Shown piece by piece: positions 29,001-39,729 of a stretch of DNA of 64,000 bases. Each line of letters begins with the position of its first letter. Position 1 is the stretch's first letter. The stretch is from assembly GCF_009914755.1 (NCBI RefSeq), contig NC_060929.1. One strand, 5' to 3'. A program made the position numbers and the translations under genes. The notes under the pieces are model-generated. The model searched no databases and was not told the origin of the DNA. It saw only the letters and a program-made list of their open reading frames with translations. Source of the stretch: the human T2T-CHM13v2.0 reference genome, Homo sapiens.

Positions 29001-29141
29001 CCAGGTCGGACACAGTGGTTCATGCCTGTAATTGCAGCACTTTGGGAGGCCAAGGCAGGAAGATCGCTTGAACCCAGGAGTTGAAGACCAGCCTGGGCAA
29101 CATGGTGAGACCCCATCTCTACAAAAACACAAAAAAAAAAA
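29001..29141 (+). mobile_element. FLAM / Alu left monomer
   Basis: Left arm only, followed by an A-tail. Confidence 0.88.
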
Positions 29142-29358
29142 CCTTATCCACTGAATGATCTGAACTAAAGACACTAAGACAAAGGCAACAAAAGCAAAAA
29201 TCGCCAAGTAACTAACAAGTAACATGTAACTAAAAAGATTCCACAGAGTAAAGGAAACAATGAACAGAGTAAAAGGAAAAAGAATGAAAAAATATTTATA
29301 AACTCTGTTTCTGACAAAAGGTTAATATCCAAAACAGGGACTCCTTCAAAGCAACAGA

Positions 29359-29361
<3 letters not shown>

Positions 29362-29402
<41 letters not shown>
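29362..29402. repeat. (CA)~20 microsatellite
   Basis: Perfect CA run. Confidence 0.97.
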
Positions 29403-29404
<2 letters not shown>

Positions 29405-29476
29405 TAATGAAAAAGTGTGCAAAATTTTTTACACAACTTTTTTTACACAATTTTTCATTGGGTTATTTGTTATTTG

Positions 29477-29736
29477 CTATAATCCCAGGAACTCAAGAGG
29501 CCAAGATGGTAGGATCACTCGAGGCCAGGAGTTCAACACCAACCCGCACAACATAGTGAGACCCCCGTCTCAGCCAGGTATGGTGGCACACATCTGTAGG
29601 CCCATCCCAGCTACTTGGGAGACTGAGGCAGAAGGATCACTTGAGCCCAGGAGTTTGAGGCTGCACTCCAGGCTGGGTGACATAGCAAGACCCTGTCTCT
29701 TTTATTTAAAAAACAAAAACAAAACAAAAAAAAAAG
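29477..29736 (+). mobile_element. Degenerate AluJ (5' truncated, linker deleted)
   Basis: ggatcactcgaggccaggagttcaa...ggatcacttgagcccaggagtttgaggctgca. Confidence 0.85.
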
Positions 29737-30774
29737 GTGAGGGCTGGGGGAACCCTTGAATAGACTTTTCTCCAGAGGAGATACACAAATGGCCAACAAG
29801 TATGTGTGAAGATGCTCAGTGCTCAGCATCACTATCCACAAAGGAAATGCAATCAAAACCATGAGACACCATCTCATACCTGTTAGGATAGTCATTATTT
29901 AAAAAATCAAAAGATAACAATTCCACTTCTGAGTTATTTATCCAAACTGAAATCAGGATCTTGAAGAGATGTCTGTATTCCCATGTTCATCACAGCATTA
30001 TTCACAATAGCCAACATATGAAAGCAACCTAAGTGTCCATCAATGGGTGAATAAAGAAAATGCGGAATATACACACACTGGAATATTATTCAGCATGTCA
30101 AAAGGACATCCTATCATATGTGACACCATGCATGAGCCTTAAGGATATTACATCAAGTGAAATGAGCCAGTCACATAATTATTACACATATATGATGTAT
30201 CTAAAGTAGTTGGCCAAGGCAGAAGCAGAGTGGAATGGTGGTTACCAGCAACTGTCGGTGGGAAAAAGGGGAAATTGCTGCTCAATAGGTATAAAGTTTT
30301 AGTTGTTCAAGATAACTAAGTTCTAGAGATCTGCAGTACAACACGGTACCTATGGTTAAGAATAAAAAAAAAAATCAAGAAAATGAACTAACATATGAAG
30401 TGGTCACCTAAATTGTGAGATTATAGAGTTTTTTCCCATCTACATTTTTACTTTTCTTCCCAAATCTCCTAAAATGGCATGTATTCCTTTTATAATTGAA
30501 AAATAAAAACCGTATTGAGGATATGAATGATTTGAGGGAAAAAGTATGTCAAATATTTTGTTCCTCCTTCCTTGTGCAGATTAATCTTACAATAACAAGG
30601 TTGGAAGCTGAAATATAATAAAATGTAATGAGATTTTATAATGGATTTTTAAAAATCAGTGACAAAGTAGATTTCTCTATTTTCAATTGTCTAGACCAAA
30701 CTTAATTTAAAAGTAGCATATTCCTGACTAGAAAGCTACACTACTCAAACAGGTATCAAGACCATATCACTTTG

Positions 30775-30905
30775 TTCCACGAATTTATTCAACATTCAAC
30801 AAATATGTATGGCGCACTGACTCTGTGCCAGGCGCTGGGGATCCAACAGTGAACAAAACAGATGGAATTTGTGCACTTAAGAAGCTCACAGCATAGTGGG
30901 GCTGA
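30775..30905 (-). mobile_element. L2 3' end
   Basis: cattcaacaaatatgtat...tgtgccaggcgctggggatccaacagtgaacaaaacaga. Confidence 0.75.
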
Positions 30906-31114
30906 AAATGATGGTTTGTATACATCAACCCAGCTGAAGCTGATTCAAATACTACTGCCAAAATCAGATGCTAGAATTATAAAGAAATTCCTATCATTCC
31001 ATGTTTAAAAATAAACTCCAGTTATTACATCACATTTGACTCCCTTTCCAAAGAGCACTTTGTAAAATAGACAGGAACTTTTGTGAAGGGGTAGACAGAA
31101 ATCCAGAACACCCA

Positions 31115-31360
31115 GGAATTGTATGAAGAGCAAGGGCTCTGAAAGTCCAACCACAGTGTGTTCAAATTCAGACTCTCCCCCACTTGCCAGGTGTGCTGCC
31201 TGGCACAGATGAATCCCTTTCTAAGTCTCCTTTATTAAAATATAGATAATGACAGTGGGCTTATTTTGGCTTTTTTTCTGAGGATTAAAGGAAATCATGA
31301 CCTGACAAGCATGCCTAGCACAATGCCTGGCACAAAGTAAGTACTCAACAAGCTAGTCCC
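31115..31360 (+). mobile_element. MIR SINE
   Basis: aagagcaagggctctgaaagtc...gttcaaattc...tgaggattaaag...tgcctggcacaaagtaagtactcaa. Confidence 0.8.
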
Positions 31361-31434
31361 TTCTATTGTCTACAAAACATACATGTTTACACATAAAAAC
31401 AACAAAGAATCAAGGACAATGATGTAAAAGTCAA

Positions 31435-31632
31435 CAAAATGGGGGGATTGGAGTAAGTGGTAATGACTGTTGAGGGTTACAGGGTTTCCTCTAGGGTGAT
31501 AAAAAATGTTCTGAAATGAATTGCGGTGATGGTGGTACACCTCTGAATACACACAGAAAAAAACACTGAATTATACACCTTAAGTGCGTAGATTTTAAGT
31601 TATGTGAATTATATCTCAATAAAGCTGCTGTG
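31435..31632 (+). mobile_element. L1MB-type 3' end
   Basis: acagggtttcct.tagggtgataaaaaatgttct...tatgtgaattatatctcaataaagctg. Confidence 0.8.
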
Positions 31633-32410
31633 AGAACTTATTTTTTAAATGTCAGTGGAATACTTTAATCAAATGCCTACCTATGATTACAAGCTATTCT
31701 TTGCAGCCAATGAGACCATCTCCATTTTGTAATTAGAAAATACATCTTCAGCTCAGTCACTATAATATTAAGACACTCAAGATTTTCTTACTAATTCCTT
31801 CTTTACAGGAAGAAGATTAAAAAGCAGAACAATACCACATATACACACAAATATTACAAGATAGCGCTTACATCTTTTACTATAACTAAGTCCTAAGAAA
31901 AAAAGTTTTAAAGTTTTCCATTATATATTCACATATAATAATAAACCTGGCTACAATATCAACCAACACAAAAAAAGAGGTAACAATGTCTTTACACAGT
32001 GAGTTTTAAACCTATTGGTTCATTACTTAGCACCTAATGTCACCACGAAAATATATACACAAATGACACCAAAAAACAAATATTTGATCTAAAAACATTA
32101 AACTGAATCCTACTCAACAGCAGCTTATTTTTCACATTGACAAGAGTTAAAGTGACGGTCTATGTTGTTGCTTTCCAACAAAATACACAATCACTCATCA
32201 TATCCAAATTTGGCTGCATTCCCTCATCGGGAAAGCATAAAACAAGTAGGTCCAAGAGTAAAGCAAATCCAGGAAAATGGCACAAAACCCCGGACAATTC
32301 CTTCCTTTCTCTCCATTCAGTACGCCTTTGTTGACTGTCTATTGTACGCCTATGTGAAGACCTGTCTTCCATTTTTTTTTACCTTCTGTATTTTTCTGTG
32401 AAGCTGGTAA

Positions 32411-32754
<344 letters not shown>

Positions 32755-33036
32755 CTCATTAATCTTAAAATGAAAATACCCTGATGAGTTTTGTTGTTTA
32801 TTATGTATCCTTAATTCAATTTTATTTTTACTAAAAAAATTTTTTTTCATCAATGTACTCAGAATAGAGGTAACTAAGATGGTATATGGTCCAGTAAATA
32901 TACAGATTTGATTCACTATTTGGGTTGCCTTTTCCATGTGAAAGTGGGTAGCACTTGTGTACTTCAGAAGTCCACTGCTACCCTGTGCTGCTCTGTTGAC
33001 AACGGTGACGAACCTCAAGGAACCATCCACACCTTC

Positions 33037-33322
33037 TTTTTTTATTATTATACTTTAAGTTCTAGGGTACATGTGCACAACCTGCCAGTTTGTTACATAT
33101 GTATACATGTGCCATGTTGGCGTGCTGCACCCATTAACTCGTCATTTACATTAGGTATATCTCCTAATGCTATCCCTCCCCCCTCCCCCACCCCATGACA
33201 GGCCTGGGTGTGTGATGTTCCCCATCCTGTGTCCAAGTGTCCTCATTGTTCAATTCCCACCTATGAGTGAGAACATGCGGTGTTTGGTTTTCTGTCCTTG
33301 CGACAGTTTGCTCAGAATGACG
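33037..33322 (-). mobile_element. 5'-truncated primate L1 (L1PA) 3' end, ~285 bp
   Basis: ttattattatactttaagttctagggtacatgtgcacaac...; TSD ggaaccatccacac(c/t)ttc at 33019-33036 and 33323-33340. Confidence 0.96.
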
Positions 33323-33400
33323 GGAACCATCCACACTTTCACTGACAACTTCCATGGCAAGATGGCCCAGGAAGCCGAGGGGAAAGTTCACAGCCAATAC

Positions 33401-33521
33401 AGAGTGGCACTAACTAGTAGTTCTTCCAGCCCCTCAGAACTTCTGTAGAGTTCATGTTGAGGCTCACCACTTGACCCTTTTTCTCATTAGCATGGTAATT
33501 AAACAACCATGCTCACCTGCC
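33401..33521 (+). repeat. Copy 1 of a ~120-bp diverged direct repeat
   Basis: Aligns by hand with 35057-35176 at roughly 77% identity, one gap. Confidence 0.8.
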
Positions 33522-33947
33522 CAACTCACACATTGGGGGCTGATTTATCTCCATTTAGCGCAGGAGTCATAAGAAGCATGCCCACTAGACATCTCAAGTT
33601 CCCCATTACTGCACTGTTATAATCGCCACTGACTTGGATAGGGGTAACGAAATACAGACATCTTATTCCTCTTGAGAGTCAAAGTTGAATTGATAAAGTC
33701 ACTATGATATACCTCAATAAATAATATTTCACTCTGTAAAGTACTGTACCAACTCCATGCTGTTACTGAAAATACAAAGTAAGCCTGGATTAATGTTTAA
33801 TCTCACCTCAAATTAATCAGAATTTCAAAAGAAAAGTTCTATTTTCAGTAGTAAGATTGGCAAGTAATACTGCAGAATGAGAATAACAATACCACAGATT
33901 CATTTTCCATTACATAGGATCATTTGCCTTTTAAATAATTAGCTTGA

Positions 33948-34241
33948 GGCTGAGTGAGATACCTCACTATAATCCCAGCACTTTGGGAGGCCAAGGCAGG
34001 TGGATTGCTTGAGCCCAGGGGTTCGAGACTAGCATGGGCAACATGGCAAAACCTCGTGTCTACAAAAAATACAAAAAAAAATGAGCTGGTGTGGTGGTAT
34101 GCACCTGTGGTCCCAGCTATTTGGGAGGCTGAGGTGGGAGGACCACCTGAGCCCAGGAGATCAAGGCTATAGTGAGCCATGATCACAACAACTGCACTCC
34201 AGCCTGAGCGATGAACTGAGACCCTGTCTCAAAAAAAAAAA
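33948..34241 (+). mobile_element. AluJ
   Basis: TSD aattagcttga at 33937-33947 and 34243-34253. Confidence 0.95.
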
Positions 34242-34359
34242 GAATTAGCTTGAACCTCCTCCTACATTGCACATTTAAATACTATCATCTTTATGACTTT
34301 GGAGATATAGGAGAAGCAGAAGAATTTTAGAACATCTCTGGTGATTTAAAAGAGAATCA

Positions 34360-34699
<340 letters not shown>

Positions 34700-35056
34700 T
34701 TAACTACCCTGAAAACACGGATTCCCAAAATCAGTTTCCTTCCTTGAAAAATGCATCAGGTGAAGAAGGTCCTCATACAAACAAGCATTCATCCTCTCAC
34801 ACCAGGTGCTGAGTCTTCTCATTAAAATGGTAGTCACTATCATAAGTTGCCCTTTGTATTTTCATTGCCCGCCAAAAACTCTGATTCTCTCAGCACATTC
34901 TATATTTGCTACATTAACAACTTTCCTTAATACTATGGGGTTCTGAGTCATCTAAAAAATAATTCAGCAGAGGCCACACAGAAATAGAAGTATTGCATTG
35001 GACTCACTTGAGAAATCAACAGTAGGGTCCACTCTTCCCATATCAATAAATTAGGA

Positions 35057-35176
35057 AGAGTGGTACTACCAGTTGTTTGTTAAGCCTCTTAAATCCTCTG
35101 TGGAGTTCATGTTGAGGAGCAAAGCCAGACCCTCTTCCTCATCAGCACAGTGATTAAACAACCCTGCTCACCTGCC
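35057..35176 (+). repeat. Copy 2 of a ~120-bp diverged direct repeat
   Basis: Shares gagttcatgttgagg and attaaacaacc.tgctcacctgcc with 33401-33521. Confidence 0.8.
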
Positions 35177-35340
35177 ATAGCATCTTGATAGACACTATCT
35201 GCTCTGTGAGGTAAGTAGGACGGGTGTCCCTATGTCCATTTTATACCTGGGAAAGTGAAGCAATAATACATGTGTCTTCCTTACAGAGAAAAAGTCAAGG
35301 AACTTGCAAAGGGCTAAGACATCAACTCTTTGCCATGAGA

Positions 35341-35516
35341 CAGTGGTTCTCAACCTTGTTTGCACATTAGAATCACCTAGGGAGCTTTGACAAAACACCA
35401 ATACCAAACCAGACCAAAATGCCAACCCAGACTAAACAAATGCCTGGGGTGGTGCCTGGGCATTAGTGGGTTTTAAAAGCTCCCAAGGTGATTCAAAGGC
35501 ACAGCACCGAGAACCC
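35341..35516. mobile_element. MER5B MITE
   Basis: cagtggttctcaacc...tgcacattagaatcacctagggagcttt...aaaagctcccaaggtgattc. Confidence 0.85.
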
Positions 35517-38500
35517 TCTTTGGCAAGTACCACTTTTCTTTCTCTCACTTTCTTTTCTTCATGGCTTTACTTAACCAGTAAGAAAGTAAAAGCGTCGTGA
35601 ATGATAGAGTGGCAGAGCAGTAGTAAATAACGGTCGGAATAACGGCGACAGATGCAGCTAAACCAAGTATGTTCTCAGGTAAGGCCAAAAAAAAAAAAAA
35701 AGCCAATAAGAAACATGATTCAATAAAAATCAAAAGGAAACACATTCATAAAGGCTAAAAAGCCAAGTTCAGCACATATGTATTTACACATATTGCTATA
35801 TACACCATGTTTTTTCTGGTTTGTTTTGTTATTTTTTTTTTAAAGAGCAAATTTTCAAACAAATGACTATACAGAGGCATATGTGTCCCAAATGGCAGGA
35901 ATAAATGCTAAGGAAATTCTTTCCAACATCTGTGAGTAATTTTGTACCATACATCATTGGTCCTATGCATTTACCTTAAAGAAAAAAGATCAGAGTAGAA
36001 TTACCAAACATCCAAATGCAGTAATAGTTTTTCTCTCCTATTAGGCATGATCTGAAACCCACTAATTTTTTCCAGAGGGAACTTCACTAGTAACACTTTA
36101 TTCCTGAGCACAACTTGGTTCTTAGACAACCAGTACTTCATGTACTGGCAGTAACACTAGGGGAAAGACTGACTAAAAGAATCCTCCTCTAATGAGAAAC
36201 TCCAAACACAAGAAACAATTAAGTATTGAATGGGGATCCTCCTAGTCCAGTCTTGCGATTCCCAACCATCCAAATAAATCACAGTAATATTCAATATTCC
36301 CCCCAAAGAGTGCAGGCATGAACTCTTAAAATTCTAGGATCTTAAAACACACACACATATATGACCTTCACAGACATATGAACGCACGTAACAAATTAGG
36401 TTTGTGGAAAACACTACCAGTTACACAATACTCTCTCTCCAAGTGAAAATACCAGGGACGGGGTTTTATTCAACTCCATCTACAGGACATTAGTCAAAGG
36501 CACCTGACAGTTTTATAAATGCTCAACTTGAAGCTCTTTGTTAGTGAAACCTCACACTACAAAACTATTGTAGCTTACTCTCCCCTCCCCTTCTCCTGGA
36601 ATCCCTCTCTTTCAGCTCTGCCAAATAACTGGCTCCCAATGTGTTTGTTCTGTGTCTCTCTTTGTTTCTCCCAAAAGGAAAAAATTAATGGTCAAGTGGG
36701 TTTAATTTTTAAATTGGTACAAGAGCTTTAAACACACTATAGTGAGAAAAATGCAAATGGAACGCTCTTGCAAATGGTTGCACATTAAACATACATCTTA
36801 TGACCCAGGCCTTTACTAAGATGAGTTCTTAAATTCTTTGGAGGTCAGAAGTTTAGTTTATTCAGCAAGAATAACTCTATTAACAGCTCCAGCTCCTTCT
36901 TGTCACCACAGTAAACATCCACACATTCCAAATCCTGGAAAATGTGAGGCAGTAAAGAGAAGGCTGGGGCTGCCAACAGCCTGAAAACCTTCTAAAGCTA
37001 TCAGTCCGCTGTACGAATGTACAAAGATATCCACAGAAATGGATGGAACAGAGCACGTATAAAGGCAGTTGGACTCAGGAGACCAGTTTTTCAGAGGACA
37101 GAGTGGAACTGGTGAGGCTTTATGTATATCACTATCAAATAATAACAACAGTAATAATACCTTACAGCTCTTTAAGCATATGCCCAGAATTCCACACCAA
37201 CTTATGTACTGCTATAGTTTTTAAACCCAGATTTTTTTCCTAAATAATCTTATCTTTGAGAAGAGGCTAAGGTTAAAAGTCAAAACTAAGCAGACTTCTA
37301 AGCAAAGTGAAAAATAACCCAAGCTTTACAGCTGTTCCAGAAAGTTTGTGGCTAATTTTATAACATCTACCACCCAGTGAGGTCACACTGCAGGGACTTA
37401 GTCCTACTCCACACTTGAATAAATAAAATCATGACAAGCAATAAACTGATGGGAGTGCTAAGTCATAGCTAAGAAATGGGAAGACAGCATTTCACGCTAA
37501 TGAGTAAATTATCCAAGTACAAAAAAATCTGATGTTCAAGTTTAGGGAAATTACCCTTACACTTTCCAAATATTTTTCTGTTCCTGAAAATGTGCACCTA
37601 AACAAATTCACTGTGACCTTATTAAGATCTTCAATACTTTTTTATACTTTTCACACTGAGTGTCAGTCTGAACGCCTTATCCACCATTTCCCTTAGAGAA
37701 AATCTAAGGGAAGGCAAACTGCACAACCCAAGAGAATAACATGATAGAAGCTTGCTCCCCACATGGGACCCCTTGTACTGGAGGGTGGCTGAACAGACAA
37801 GCAAGATGAGACAAATTCTGGCTCCTCCTACATCAGTTCCTCCCAATGTGGTTCCACAGTATAGTTTCAAATGGCTTCCCAGAATATCTGAAAAACCCAA
37901 ATTAAAAGTACAAAATGAAAGAAGAGACCCAAAACTCAAAAATTTCTAAAGCCAAAAAAGTAAATTTTAATCACTTCCCTCTGAGCAAACAAAAGCTGAC
38001 CATAGCTACTTTCAGTCCTTTTCTCTGATTCTTTCTTGTGTATTGTCTTTATTTATACTTACCAGTGCTATCTACAAATATTTTTATTTAACTACGAAAC
38101 ATATCGCACAAGAGTATATTTAATGTAATATGTAGAATTCAGAGTTCTCTAACAACCTTTGTTTTCTACCTTGAAACAGCTTGAGCTGTTTTCTATCTTT
38201 TAAGAATTATGCTCAACACTTGTCATCTGATTTTCATTTATTTTTATCTTCTTCTTTCATTTCCCAGTTTGTCACTATCCTTAACTATTTTTTCTCAACT
38301 ACTTCTTGCCCAGCAATTACCCTCAATATTCCCCATCCACTCAGCCACTTTTGAATACATTTCACCTTCTCCCTTTGAGTTTCGGCCCTCAGTTTTTCTC
38401 CCTTGATTCAGAGGAATCTGATGAATAATTGTGAGTCTCAGACCCTTTTGTTACCCTCATCCTGCCCTTACTCCTCTGGCAAATGACCATGATATCAACA

Positions 38501-39473
38501 ACTGTCATCTCCCTTATCTTTGACCGATCTAACTTACAGAGAAAAAAAAGTTCCCCCACCCCTTCATTTTTCTTTGTTCTCTGGTCCACTCTGAAGCACC
38601 CTGGAGCATGCTTCTTCCTTATCTCTTCTACTCTACTCACTCCCCAATGGAGCACTACAGATCTTCTTGGTAGTTAGTTTTCAATTATTGGTTGGCTTGT
38701 TAGTGACACTGGCCATATGAAACACTTCATACCTGGTGGTCATGTGCTATGAGACATGGTCAACCATGATTTGGATCCACTATCAGCATGGCATATGCTC
38801 TGATTTATATTCCAATAGCAATGATAGATTAATCCTGATCCATTTCCTTTGAACCTTGTTTCTCTTGTGGCTAATGGATTGCATTTGCCAAATGGCTTGC
38901 CGAGTTAAGGAACAGAAAAGGTTTTACGTCTCTGGCCATAGAAGAGAAGTGACCGGCTTACTAGGGCTTAAGTCTTTGGCCCTGGCCTCATTACTTCTGA
39001 GCACCAGCTGGCCACAGCCACATCATGACAATGATCCTCACTATGTGCAAGAACCTTGGCTCAATTCAGAAAGTAAATATAAGCCTCTACAACACAAAAA
39101 CAACCATGTCAAGACAGACACATTGGTTGGCACCCTAAGAATTAAATAAACTTGAGATCTATCTCCCTTCCTAATTTCCACAATACCTTTTAGGGGAAGA
39201 GTAAACCCTCACCTGCTTCTCACAGTCCTTCCATGTTAGCACTTAAAGAGGAGAATCACTTTTAGAAACACCCAACTCATCTGCAATTTAAAAGCAGCCA
39301 TGCACAAGAAGACAAACACGGTTCTTACTTCCAACACAAATCCAGAGAGCGGAAATAAAAAACACTTTCCATTCCTCTCTGAATACCGCAAAACAAATTC
39401 TCCTCACAGGTGGACATAAATACATCATGGGGAAGAGGGCATCGGGAAATATATAAAAATAAATTGTATTTAC

Positions 39474-39729
39474 CTTCTTCTGTTTCATGCCACACGATCC
39501 CTTCCAAATTCACACTGGTCCCAGGTTCACAGGGCCCAAGACACTCTGGCTCTGTCACTACTCCAACTTCACATGTATTGACACCCACAGAACGAGTCCG
39601 AACCAAAAGCTGTTCAACCGGTGCTGCAATATTGGATGAAGATGGGGAAAAGTAGGAGGGTAGAATCTGAGGCGTGAGACTGCTGGAAATCGGCGGTGGT
39701 GGCGCTGGCACTGTAAACAGGGGGTCAAC
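39474..39729 (-). CDS. ZNF608: Internal coding exon (256 bp, 85 codons + 1 nt) of zinc finger protein 608
   Basis: Minus strand: acceptor cctgtctgtctttcag|GTTGACCCC at 39730/39729, donor GAAGAAG|gtaaat at 39474/39473. Open frame [86 protein letters not shown]. The [21 protein letters not shown] block is the ZNF608/ZNF609/Scribbler conserved domain; WHETEEG matches ZNF608 as I recall it (ZNF609 has WQETEDG). CpGs are locally retained, as expected of coding sequence. Confidence 0.93.

Larger units (their letters stand above)
26900..30510 (+). mobile_element. Nested cluster of old L1 fragments (L1ME host; L1MC-like ~27350-28995; L1MA/MB-like ~29140-30375)
   Basis: ORF2 and 3'UTR hallmarks: gcaggatataaggttaatatacaaaa, atgagataccactacacacctattagaatgg, tgtgaacctaaaactgctct, catgttcatcacagcattattcacaatagccaa. 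Confidence 0.85.

Noticed and set aside
38180-38680. Possible internal L2 fragment
   Set aside because: Pyrimidine-rich with L2-like wording but too degenerate to call by eye.
39410-39655. Antisense 81-aa ORF over the exon
   Set aside because: Shadow frame of the real coding exon; no independent support.
39325-39711. 128-aa ORF in the supplied track taken as a complete gene
   Set aside because: It starts at an internal GTG and runs through the GT donor into intron (KYNLFLY...). Only 39474-39729 has splice signals and family similarity.
39474-39729. Assignment to ZNF609 instead of ZNF608
   Set aside because: WHETEEG and the upstream [12 protein letters not shown] context match ZNF608 as I recall it; ZNF609 reads WQETEDG. 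A BLASTP search would settle it.
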